Positions 21,546 to 29,423 of a stretch of DNA of 42,106 nucleotides are shown piece after piece; position 1 is the first letter of the stretch; each line of letters opens with the position of its first letter. Below the pieces are notes generated by a model that was not told the DNA's origin, did no database searches, and was given only the letters and a program-made list of their open reading frames with translations. Source of the stretch: Candidatus Pacearchaeota archaeon. Its GTDB lineage: Archaea; Nanobdellota; Nanobdellia; Pacearchaeales; GW2011-AR1. Where the stretch lies: the NCBI GenBank assembly GCA_002687255.1, contig NYZR01000013.1, positions 1 to 42,106 on the forward strand, written 5' to 3'. The translations under genes were made by a program, and so were the position numbers.

Positions 21546-22454
21546 TTATCCATCGAGATACTTCTCAACAATATACTGCACGAATTCCCTCTCGTCTTTT
21601 TCGATTTGGTAGAAGTCGAGGGCGTTGTAGTAGGCTTCGAGGTCGGTGACTGGGATGTCTATTGGAGGATAGTTTTTTTTCCAGAGGATCCAGTTCATGA
21701 GGAGTCGTGAGAGGCGGGAGTTGCCATCGACGAAGGGCTGGAGTGAGATGAGTTTTGCGTGCACGAGTGCGGCGAGTTCGAGCGGATGAAGTTTTCTCTG
21801 GTGTTGTGCATACCATGACAGAAATTGATCGAGTTCTTTTTCGACGTGTTGCCATTTGGGCGGCAGGTAAATCGTGCCTGCGATCTTCACGTCCCTCTTG
21901 AGTTCACTCCTGAATTTTCCGGCGATGCTGTCGTCTATCCCTGCGAGCAGTGTTTTGTGTAATTTTTTGAGGAAGGCTTTTGTGAGAGGGCCTATGTATT
22001 GGGTGATCATGAGAAACCCTTTCTCGTGGTTTTCGAGTTCTTTGGCGATGCGTAGCGATTTCATTTCCTTCGGGATGATCCCTTCCTTCAGGATGAGGAA
22101 TGTCTGTCTTAATGTGACTGGAACGCCGGAGAGTTTGCTACTGTCGTAGGTGTATCTGATCATGAACTCTTCTTGCTTTTGTTCTCTCTCGGTCTTGCTG
22201 AGTTTTTTGAGTTCCTTCTGGTATGTTTCCTTTTTGTTCTCTATGTTTTTGACTATGTCGTCAGATAGGTAACGATGATTGTCTTTTTTGATGTCGTTGA
22301 GAAATTCTTCTTTCATTTTTTTTAGGTCTTCTTCTGGTGGAAGGGTCTTGCCTATATACTTGCTCTTTTGTCTGATGTTCTTCCCCTCCCTTATGTTGTG
22401 GACGAGGATCCAATAGGATTTCCCTTTAGTTGTTATCTTTCTTGCAAAAACCAT
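21546..22454 (-). CDS. Fic/DOC family protein with a degenerate active-site motif (QPFVDGNSRLSR)
   Basis: The Fic core is recognisable. The start is set at MVFARK (22454), 26 nt from the TATA GTTTAAATAT. The canonical HPFxDGNGRxxR has His replaced by Gln and GNGR replaced by GNSR. Confidence 0.8.
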   Translation of the reverse strand: MVFARKITTKGKSYWILVHNIREGKNIRQKSKYIGKTLPPEEDLKKMKEEFLNDIKKDNHRYLSDDIVKNIENKKETYQKELKKLSKTEREQKQEEFMIRYTYDSSKLSGVPVTLRQTFLILKEGIIPKEMKSLRIAKELENHEKGFLMITQYIGPLTKAFLKKLHKTLLAGIDDSIAGKFRSELKRDVKIAGTIYLPPKWQHVEKELDQFLSWYAQHQRKLHPLELAALVHAKLISLQPFVDGNSRLSRLLMNWILWKKNYPPIDIPVTDLEAYYNALDFYQIEKDEREFVQYIVEKYLDG

Positions 22455-22490
22455 GGGAAAGTTATTCACTACAGATATTTAAACCTTTTG

Positions 22491-22551
22491 GTTAGTCATT
22501 ACACTACTTCTTTTTCAGCGGCCTGAAAGATTTGCCTTGGCAGCCTTTGCA
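22491..22551 (-). repeat. intact-gene copy (B) of the duplicated rpl40e 3' end
   Basis: Partner of 21478..21538. The two copies are spaced 1013 nt apart. Confidence 0.8.
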
Positions 22552-22668
22552 GACGACTTTGCCGTTCAAGACCTTGAGGGAAGTGGTTCGGGTTTTTCGG
22601 CTGCACTTCTTGCAGACGAAGATGTTTTGGAAGAGTCGCTTTTGTGCTGCGGGGAGTTTTGTTGCCAT
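22504..22668 (-). CDS. rpl40e: ribosomal protein L40e
   Basis: A 54-aa ORF not in the supplied track: MATKLPAAQKRLFQNIFVCKKCSRKTRTTSLKVLNGKVVCKGCQGKSFRPLKKK, with a CxxC...CxxC pattern and a basic C-terminus. Confidence 0.85.
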   Translation of the reverse strand: MATKLPAAQKRLFQNIFVCKKCSRKTRTTSLKVLNGKVVCKGCQGKSFRPLKKK

Positions 22669-22670
22669 GT

Positions 22671-22928
22671 TTATTCCCAGCCTCCTCTTTCTACCATGGT
22701 GCCGATGATGCCGTAGCCGATGATGTCTTTCCAGCTGTCTTCTCTGCTTTCTTTATCGTCTATATCTTTTTCGATCATGTTCTTGAGGCGCTCTACTTTT
22801 TCTTGGAGTCTGATGAGGATGCCTTGCTTTCCGATGCTGGTGATGTTTCCGTCGCCGTAGCTTTTGTTTTTCTCCTTGAGGAGTTCTTTTACTTCGTCTG
22901 CGATGGCTTCCATTAGTGGTTCATTCAT
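22671..22928 (-). CDS. DUF1599-like small protein
   Basis: KNKSYGDGNITSIGKQGILIRLQEKVERLKNMI...EDSWKDIIGYGIIG fits the DUF1599 pattern (KN.dYG...G..iRl.dK..Rl...D...D...Y). Confidence 0.5.
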   Translation of the reverse strand: MNEPLMEAIADEVKELLKEKNKSYGDGNITSIGKQGILIRLQEKVERLKNMIEKDIDDKESREDSWKDIIGYGIIGTMVERGGWE

Positions 22929-23317
22929 TATAGCACCCTCATGATAGCCTTGCTACCTTCGATGTCCCAGTATTCGACTTCTTTTTCTGGTGCGAGTTCT
23001 GTTTTGAGTTCTTCGTCGAAGGGGAGATCCAGGGTTTCGTAGGATTCGAGATCCATGACGGAGGCTGTAGTGTCGGAGACGGAGAGGACTTGTCCTTTCT
23101 TCTTGAGAACGAGTGGGACTTCGAATCGTTCGTGGCCTGGGACGGCGATGACTTTCTTTTTTCCGGAGAAGATTGCTTTTGCTTCGATTCGACACTTGGC
23201 GTGGCCGTGCTTTCCTGTCTTAGAAATGTCGTTGGATTTGACCGTGTAGGCTTCGCCTTCTATGGTAATGGTTGTCCCAGGTTTTGCTTGGGATGCGTCG
23301 ATTAGTTTGAGGGGCAT
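22928..23317 (-). CDS. eif5a: translation initiation factor 5A (aIF5A)
   Basis: Contains the hypusine loop SKTGKHGHAKCRI and has a typical length of 129 aa. Confidence 0.9.
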   Translation of the reverse strand: MPLKLIDASQAKPGTTITIEGEAYTVKSNDISKTGKHGHAKCRIEAKAIFSGKKKVIAVPGHERFEVPLVLKKKGQVLSVSDTTASVMDLESYETLDLPFDEELKTELAPEKEVEYWDIEGSKAIMRVL

Positions 23318-23338
23318 GCTTGGGTTTGGAAGGAAAGG

Positions 23339-23347
23339 TTTATAAAA
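23339..23347. promoter_or_regulatory. single shared TATA element for divergent genes eif5a (23317) and the REC gene (23368)
   Basis: TTTATAAAA is centred about 25-26 nt from both start codons, which are 51 nt apart, as at 18025/18076. Confidence 0.4.
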
Positions 23348-23367
23348 TTATGGTGGGGTGGGGTGAT

Positions 23368-23724
23368 ATGGCAAGAATATTGGTTGTTGAGAATGAGAGA
23401 GATTATTGGCAGGTTTTAGCATGTCTCTTACAGGAAGGAGGCCATCGTCCTTCATTTGCTGAAGATGATTGCAGAGGCCTTATTAAGCTTAGAGAAAGGT
23501 CTTTTGATGTTGCATTAGTGGATATGGGGGTTTCAACGGGTTTTTCTAATCGGGCGATAAATTATGCTAATGATGAAACACAGACGGTTCCCATAATTAT
23601 GTCTGGTCATGGTCAACAAATTGTTAGAACTCATTTTTCAGAGAAAGATTTTCCTTATTTCTTTTACAAACATCGTGAGGAAGAACTTAACCAAATTATA
23701 GAAGATGCTTTGTTTTCTAGGTAG
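23368..23724 (+). CDS. stand-alone receiver (REC) domain protein
   Basis: MARILVVENE, FDVALVDMGV (phospho-acceptor Asp), VPIIMSGHG and FFYKH (Lys) give the CheY-like signature. The acidic pocket is EN rather than DD. Confidence 0.65.
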   Translation: MARILVVENERDYWQVLACLLQEGGHRPSFAEDDCRGLIKLRERSFDVALVDMGVSTGFSNRAINYANDETQTVPIIMSGHGQQIVRTHFSEKDFPYFFYKHREEELNQIIEDALFSR

Positions 23725-23772
23725 TTTTTTTAAACCCTTTTTCCCTCTATTGGTTCTGGTTAGCGTGAGGGT

Positions 23773-24195
23773 GTGAGTTGTGTGGAGGCATTTCAGCACG
23801 AGTATTCTTATAAACCAAGAGGTTTACCCTCTTCTATGGCGTTGGTTCTTCACCTTGATGATGAGATTCCTGTTCTTGAGGCTGCCGGAAATCAGATAGG
23901 GGAACTCGGTCACAGATATGGGGGATTTCATGATGTAAATGAGGCCAAGGCTGAAATAAGGGCTAACAGGTTTGATGCCCTTATCGTTGAGCCTTCGCCC
24001 GAAGGATATTGTGGCCAAGATCCTGTTTCTGTCATCGAATTATTTAGAGAGCTACATCCTGAGTCTCCGATCCAGTTTCAGACAGTTCTGGAAGAAATAC
24101 ATGTGAAAGAGTTAATGAGGGAGTATTCTGCGACCTATAGTCAAAAGGCTACTAGTTCTCATCCCTTTGATGATTTCTTGGCGCCTCTTGATTAA
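23773..24195 (+). CDS. receiver-like (pseudo-receiver) domain protein; start uncertain
   Basis: LVLHLDDEIPVLE and FDALIVEPS (Glu in place of the phospho-acceptor Asp), with conserved T and K positions plausible. Confidence 0.5.
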   Translation: MSCVEAFQHEYSYKPRGLPSSMALVLHLDDEIPVLEAAGNQIGELGHRYGGFHDVNEAKAEIRANRFDALIVEPSPEGYCGQDPVSVIELFRELHPESPIQFQTVLEEIHVKELMREYSATYSQKATSSHPFDDFLAPLD

Positions 24196-24225
24196 GTGTG
24201 TCCCTTGGGACGGAAAGAGAGCATA

Positions 24226-24331
24226 GAGAACTTTGCGAAAATAGCAAAATTCTCAGAGCGAACTTTGAAAGAGCGAAATCTCGCACTTTTAGCCGCTGCG
24301 AATTTCGCAAATTGATTTATTCAAAGTTCTC
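24226..24331. repeat. 106-nt MITE-like / regulatory repeat block bounded by 10-bp inverted repeats
   Basis: GAGAACTTTG...CAAAGTTCTC termini, with CATA on both flanks. Internal repeated GAGCGAA(A/C)T units and a 13-bp palindrome TGCGAATTTCGCA at 24298-24310. Confidence 0.35.
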
Positions 24332-24370
24332 CATACAAAAATTTATAACCTCTCATCTTCATCGTTGATT

Positions 24371-24739
24371 ATGGCAGAAGAACGTAAAGTTCATGCAGAT
24401 AGTGCGCTCATCGATGCGAGTCTTGCTCTGCCTACTGGCGTTTGTGGTGGAGTTGCAGGATTCTGTGCTAGTTACTGTTATCCCTTCGCCGTCCCTTTTG
24501 TTGTTGAAAAGATTCGAGAGGGTGTGGTTGATACCTGCACCAGGTTTGGCGCTACCGTAGGATTTTTTGCTGGTTATGGTTATGGTCTCTGGGATATCAC
24601 TCATCGGATCGTTGAGCAACCCTCAAATCCGGTTAGTTATGCTCCGATCGCTGCTAATCTTTTTTTTGGTGCGGTAGAGATTGGGGCGAGGATGGGTCGC
24701 AAATCGGAGAAAAGGTCTCAATTAGGATCTTCTAGCTAA
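24371..24739 (+). CDS. small membrane protein
   Basis: ATG lies 26 nt downstream of ATTTATAAC. Contains hydrophobic Gly/Cys-rich segments. Confidence 0.5.
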   Translation: MAEERKVHADSALIDASLALPTGVCGGVAGFCASYCYPFAVPFVVEKIREGVVDTCTRFGATVGFFAGYGYGLWDITHRIVEQPSNPVSYAPIAANLFFGAVEIGARMGRKSEKRSQLGSSS

Positions 24740-24750
24740 CATTAGTCTTT

Positions 24751-25209
24751 TTACATCTCTCCTTCTGAGTCGAGAAAGGTTACGGTATATTCTTGCATTA
24801 GTTTATAGTCTCCTACGAAAAAATGAGATCCTCTTTGTAGGGCGAGGGTTTCTACATTTCGATGATTTCTGTCCTCTAAGTAGATTCTCGGCTCTCTTCC
24901 CGGGACGAATCCCACTTTCTCTTCTTCTTCGGTAGGCAGGGCCTCTTCTTCTCTGATTACCCTTGCTGTCAGGACGGTTGAATCTAACTGAACCACCACC
25001 CTGTCCCTGCCATGATCCTCGGGAGTCTCCTCCCTTATCTCCCCCCTATCAACGAGATAGGTTGTATCTGGAAAAACCCGTTGCCCTGTTATTGTTGGAG
25101 GGCTGGGTCTGCTGTCCCTTGCATCTATTTCAAGTATTTTCTGAGGGAGATCTTCTGTTCCGGATCCGTCTTCTTCATTGGAAGGAATTCTCCAAATTGT
25201 ATAGGCCAT
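24751..25209 (-). CDS. hypothetical acidic protein (152 aa)
   Basis: ORF with a TATA about 25 nt upstream. No family recognised. Confidence 0.5.
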   Translation of the reverse strand: MAYTIWRIPSNEEDGSGTEDLPQKILEIDARDSRPSPPTITGQRVFPDTTYLVDRGEIREETPEDHGRDRVVVQLDSTVLTARVIREEEALPTEEEEKVGFVPGREPRIYLEDRNHRNVETLALQRGSHFFVGDYKLMQEYTVTFLDSEGEM

Positions 25210-25273
25210 ACCCTTTTCTGTTGAAGTTTTTTATAAACGTTACTCTTTTAAACGTTCTTTTTCTGGGCTGCAC

Positions 25274-25984
25274 ATGGTTACAGTGAAGAAAGGCGATTAT
25301 GTGTCGGTGGAGTTTAGTGGTTACACGGATGGCGAGTTATTTGATTCGAATGTTGCTAAGGATTTGAAGAAGCTTGATCCGGAGGGCAAGCAAGAGGCTA
25401 AGCCTCTTGAAGTGATTGTTGGGGAGGGGATGGTTGTTCCTGGGTTTGATGCTGGGTTGGAAGGGGCCGAGGTGGGGAAGGAAAAGAAGATAGAGGTTTC
25501 TGCTGCTGAGGGTTATGGTGAGAGGCATAAGAGTCTTGTTAGGGTGATTCCGTTGAAAGTGTTTACGGAGCAGAATGTGACTCCGCAGCCAGGGATGTCT
25601 CTTATGCTTCAACAGGGAATGATGAAGATTTTGTCTGTCGGTGGCGCTCGGGTGACGGCTGATATGAATCATCCTCTTGCAGGGAAGGATTTGACTTTTA
25701 CTTTTGTGGTGAAGAAGAAGATCACTGATGAGAAAGCAAAAGTTGGGTTGGTTTTGAAGATGTTGTTTAGGCAGGTTCCTTCTCATAGGGTTGAGGATAA
25801 TGCCAAGGAAGCTAGTTCCTCGGACACCTCAAACACCAAGAAAGGTGATGGTGTTCGAGGGAGGGTTGTGGTTGAAGGGCCTAAGGCGTTGGAGCAGTTT
25901 GTTGCTGCTTTTGGGGAGAAGTTCAAGGGGTTGGTTGGGAAGGATTTGGCTTGGGAAGAGAAGGACGAAAAGAAAAGTAACTAG
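25274..25984 (+). CDS. FKBP-type peptidyl-prolyl isomerase (SlyD-like with insert-in-flap) plus a basic/acidic tail
   Basis: VKKGDYVSVEFSGYTDGELFDSN...VIVGEGMVVPGFDAGLEGAEVGKEKKIEV...DMNHPLAGKDLTFTFVV. Confidence 0.8.
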   Translation: MVTVKKGDYVSVEFSGYTDGELFDSNVAKDLKKLDPEGKQEAKPLEVIVGEGMVVPGFDAGLEGAEVGKEKKIEVSAAEGYGERHKSLVRVIPLKVFTEQNVTPQPGMSLMLQQGMMKILSVGGARVTADMNHPLAGKDLTFTFVVKKKITDEKAKVGLVLKMLFRQVPSHRVEDNAKEASSSDTSNTKKGDGVRGRVVVEGPKALEQFVAAFGEKFKGLVGKDLAWEEKDEKKSN

Positions 25985-26676
25985 TGGTTATTACAAGCGG
26001 TCGATCTTACCTCATCTAGAAAGGATTTTAGATTCTCAAGGCCCGCCCCCTTCATTTCTTCCCCGTGTAGATCATCTTGGCATGACTCAAATGCTTGCTT
26101 GAATTTCCAGAGGCCTTCGTATGGCTCTTCCTCATCTTCCCGAGTATAGTTATTGATTCTTGTCAACCCTTCGCTACCGATGTAGACTCCGAAAATTGGC
26201 GTAGCATTTTCATAAAAAATAGAATTCCCTCCAGTCAGTCTTGCGGTCGAGAATTCTTCTTCCGCACTCGCAAATGAAAGGCAATCATTATTCCAAATTT
26301 CTAAACATTCGCTGCCTCGTTCTCCAAAGTCTCTTCCTGAGATAACTTCATCTGCCATCTCTTCTGCAGACTTTAAGCCGAGGCCTACCTTGTGATTAGA
26401 TGTATCTATAGCATACCTCATCCCAAGATGTTTGAAATTATCTGAGAACCTCTGGAAGAAGGGATGTCTTCCTCTAAACCATTGGAGATCTGATATTTCT
26501 CCCAGTTCATAGGCTTGCCATTTTTCCCAGTTTGGAGATGTTGACTTCACCTCTGTTAAGGTGTCTTCTAATTCTGCAGCCAGGTCTGCATCCTCTGCGT
26601 AGATCCTGGAATCTAGCTTAATTCCAGCCTCCCTTAGCCAAGATTCCACTGTTCTCTCTAATTCTGTTTTTATCAT
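25981..26676 (-). CDS. hypothetical protein (231 aa)
   Basis: ORF with an AGGAGA Shine-Dalgarno and a TATA upstream. No family recognised. Confidence 0.55.
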   Translation of the reverse strand: MIKTELERTVESWLREAGIKLDSRIYAEDADLAAELEDTLTEVKSTSPNWEKWQAYELGEISDLQWFRGRHPFFQRFSDNFKHLGMRYAIDTSNHKVGLGLKSAEEMADEVISGRDFGERGSECLEIWNNDCLSFASAEEEFSTARLTGGNSIFYENATPIFGVYIGSEGLTRINNYTREDEEEPYEGLWKFKQAFESCQDDLHGEEMKGAGLENLKSFLDEVRSTACNNH

Positions 26677-26841
26677 GATTATCTCCTGTGGAATTAACTT
26701 TTAAAACTTCTTCTTTTACTTCCTGTCGTATTACTACAACAATTCTTATAAACACGATAACTCTGGAGACAAGATGACGAAGAATCAGAGATTCTTCGGC
26801 TTGCAAACTCCTGACGGCCGGGCGTCGGGAAGGAGTTAGCA

Positions 26842-27948
26842 ATGGCCGAGGATGACGTTGTTGTTGAGTCACAAGAAGGGCCTCCGGCAGGGAGTGATAT
26901 CGATCAGGAATTGGAGAGTTTGTTGCAGCAGCAGAGCACTCGAGTGAAAGTGGTTGGGTGTGGTGGGGGTGGGGGCAACTGCGTAAGTCGGATGAAGGAG
27001 ATTGGTATTAAAGGGTGTGAGATTCTGGCCATTAATACGGATGCGCAGGACTTGTTGTATACGAATGTAGACGGGAAGATTCTTGTGGGGCGGGAGCTGA
27101 CAAGCGGTCTTGGAGCGGGGAGTAATCCGAAGATCGGAGAAGAGGCGGCTCGGGAGAGTGAGGCAGAGATTAAGAAGAAGTTGGCGAAGAGCGATATGGT
27201 CTTTATTACCTGCGGTTTGGGTGGAGGGACGGGCACCGGGGCGGCGCCGGTGGTTGCGGAGTTGGCGAAGAAAGGGGGGGCGTTGACGATTGGTGTAGTT
27301 ACCTTGCCGTTTACGGTTGAGGGGCAGAAGCGAATTGAGAACTCGCAGTATGGCCTGGATAAGATGGCTTCTACTTGTGATACCTTGATTGTGATTCCGA
27401 ATGATAAGTTGTTGGAGTTGGCTCCGGAGTTGCCCATTCATACGGCGTTTAAAGTGGCTGACGAGATTCTGACGAATGCGGTGAAGGGGATTACGGAGTT
27501 GATTACCAAGTCTGGTTTGGTGAATTTGGATTTTGCGGATGTGAAGGCGGTGATGTCTCATGGCGGCGTTTCTTTGATTGGTATTGGCGAGTCGGATACG
27601 CAGGAGCGGGCGAAGGATGCTGTGGATAAGGCGATTAACAATCCTTTACTTGATGTAGATATTTCTCAGGCTCAGGGGGCGTTGGTGAATATTATTGGAG
27701 GGAATGATATGTCGTTGGAAGAGTATAAGCAGGTGATGGAGGTGATCGGGACGAAGGTAGCGCCGGATGCGAAGTTGATTTCTGGGGCGCACATCTCGCC
27801 GGATTTGGAGAATACGATTAAGGTGTTGTTGATTGTGACTGGTGTAAAGAGTTCTCAGATTGTTGGGGCAGAGGATGGGATTGGGGTGAGTGAGACGCAG
27901 GCTTTGGAGAAGGAGTTGGGGATTGATTTCGTTGCCGATGATCGCTAG
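26842..27948 (+). CDS. ftsZ: cell division GTPase FtsZ
   Basis: GCGGGGGN, the tubulin signature [13 protein letters not shown], and NTDAQ. GGAAGGAG Shine-Dalgarno upstream. Confidence 0.95.
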   Translation: MAEDDVVVESQEGPPAGSDIDQELESLLQQQSTRVKVVGCGGGGGNCVSRMKEIGIKGCEILAINTDAQDLLYTNVDGKILVGRELTSGLGAGSNPKIGEEAARESEAEIKKKLAKSDMVFITCGLGGGTGTGAAPVVAELAKKGGALTIGVVTLPFTVEGQKRIENSQYGLDKMASTCDTLIVIPNDKLLELAPELPIHTAFKVADEILTNAVKGITELITKSGLVNLDFADVKAVMSHGGVSLIGIGESDTQERAKDAVDKAINNPLLDVDISQAQGALVNIIGGNDMSLEEYKQVMEVIGTKVAPDAKLISGAHISPDLENTIKVLLIVTGVKSSQIVGAEDGIGVSETQALEKELGIDFVADDR

Positions 27949-27998
27949 GCGATCATCGGCTCCTCGCTGCTCACACCGCATGAGCGCAGCTTCGGATG
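27934..27998 (+). repeat. structured repeat copy E3 spanning the ftsZ stop codon
   Basis: GCCGATGATCGC-TAG-GCGATCATCGGC forms a perfect 12-bp stem with the stop codon in the loop. It is followed by TCCTCGCTGCTCACACCGCATGAGCGCAGCTTCGGATG, the core shared with E1, E2 and E4. Confidence 0.65.
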
Positions 27999-28015
27999 AT
28001 GACGACAGGTAAACC

Positions 28016-28450
28016 ATGAAAATAGAAGCACTTAACGAAGAAGGAATGAATCGCCTGAGATTGCTCGCCCAGTCTGAGTTGACATTAACGTTAGGTGCCA
28101 CGGAAGAGTTTCCTCATGTGCCTTCGTCATTGCTCCTGAGTTTTAGTGGGAGATATAGTCCTTATTTCTGCGGGGCTCTCCTTCCTGTTTTTTCTCTTGC
28201 TCCTGGCGATGAGCATCCTCTTGGGTATTCTTTTAGACAGAGGGTTGATACTCCTCTCCTAAGTAATGTTGTTGATTTCGTCTCCCCTCCCAATGGATCA
28301 GTCACTCGTATCTCTCTTTTTGCTGGACCATATGAACTCCATCGTCAGCAAGAGACCTTCCTTAAAAGAGGGATTGATTATGTTGAGATGTCTACAGAAG
28401 ACTATCTTGCTCTTGTGAGGGATTCAAGAGAGGGAGATGTTGCTGTTTGA
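28016..28450 (+). CDS. hypothetical protein co-transcribed with ftsZ
   Basis: 144-aa ORF with no TATA between it and ftsZ. No family recognised. Confidence 0.5.
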   Translation: MKIEALNEEGMNRLRLLAQSELTLTLGATEEFPHVPSSLLLSFSGRYSPYFCGALLPVFSLAPGDEHPLGYSFRQRVDTPLLSNVVDFVSPPNGSVTRISLFAGPYELHRQQETFLKRGIDYVEMSTEDYLALVRDSREGDVAV

Positions 28451-28495
28451 AGAGAGCACCGAAACGTTTAAATACGTAATGCACGTAATGCACTT

Positions 28496-28717
28496 ATGGT
28501 TAGTATGACGTTAGCGATACCTGAAGATATGAAGAAGGAACTTGATGAGTTTCCTGAGATGAATTGGAGCGAAGTAGCTCGGGCTGCGATGCGGAAGAGG
28601 CTTGAGTTTCTCAAACAGATTAAGGAATTTACGAAGGACAGTGAGATGACGATGGAAGATGCGATTGAGTTAGGTCGGAAAGTTAATAAGGGTCTTGCTC
28701 GGAGATACCGAAAATAA
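28496..28717 (+). CDS. small ribbon-helix-helix-like protein
   Basis: MTLAIPEDMKKELDEFPEMNWSEVARAAMRKRLE resembles a CopG/RHH N-terminus. GTTTAAATAC lies 25 nt upstream. Confidence 0.5.
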   Translation: MVSMTLAIPEDMKKELDEFPEMNWSEVARAAMRKRLEFLKQIKEFTKDSEMTMEDAIELGRKVNKGLARRYRK

Positions 28718-28840
28718 GTAAGAATTTTGTCAGTCTTGGATGCGCCTAAAGATTTGGGTTGCCTGCGTGGAGGAGGAGGAGGAGCATAATGAACATTAGG
28801 ATGAGAGGCCATTGATCTTTAATGAATTTTATTATTGGGT

Positions 28841-29035
28841 TCATTTTCTTTTCCCTCTTAGGTAATACAGGAACATAAGATGGAAATCTATATAAATGAT
28901 TGCCCAAAGAGTGACTTCGAGGAACGTTGGTTCCCTGATTTGGTATAGGTAGTATATTAGAGCTATGAGGACTCCGAGAAATGTGGAGAAGGCAATCATG
29001 CTGGTTGCGATCGCTGTTATTTCTTTCGTGTTCAT
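28841..29035 (-). CDS. small two-TM membrane protein
   Basis: 64-aa hydrophobic ORF with a TATA-like CCTTATAG about 25 nt upstream. Confidence 0.4.
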   Translation of the reverse strand: MNTKEITAIATSMIAFSTFLGVLIALIYYLYQIREPTFLEVTLWAIIYIDFHLMFLYYLRGKRK

Positions 29036-29117
29036 TTCTTTGGTTGAAAGATCATAGCTATAAGGATTTGCGTGATGGAACGCATAGGTTTAAAAGTTCC
29101 TAGTTTTTTAGTTGCTT

Positions 29118-29294
29118 ATGGGAGTTGGAGAGAAGATCGGGAGTTTTTTTGTGCAGTGTCGGCGGGTGTGGCACGTCCTCCGAAAACCGACGGGTGAGGA
29201 GTTTGCGTCGATTGCGAAGGTGTCAGCGATTGGGATTGCTGGGATTGGGCTGATTGGGTTTATTATTTCTGACGTCATAAAATTTTTCACCTAG
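29118..29294 (+). CDS. secE: protein translocase subunit SecE/Sec61-gamma
   Basis: FFVQCRRVWHVLRKPTGEEFASIAKVSAIGIAGIGLIGFIISDVIKFF is typical of archaeal SecE. GGTTTAAAAG lies 25 nt upstream of the ATG at 29118. Confidence 0.75.
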   Translation: MGVGEKIGSFFVQCRRVWHVLRKPTGEEFASIAKVSAIGIAGIGLIGFIISDVIKFFT

Positions 29295-29423
29295 GTTCAA
29301 AATTTTAGAACCCCAAGGATTCACTCATGGCTTGAACATCCTTGGAGTTATTAAGTTCTTTACGTAGTTATGCATACAGAGACAAAGCACAAACCTATTA
29401 AATAATCCATGAGGTCTGTATAC

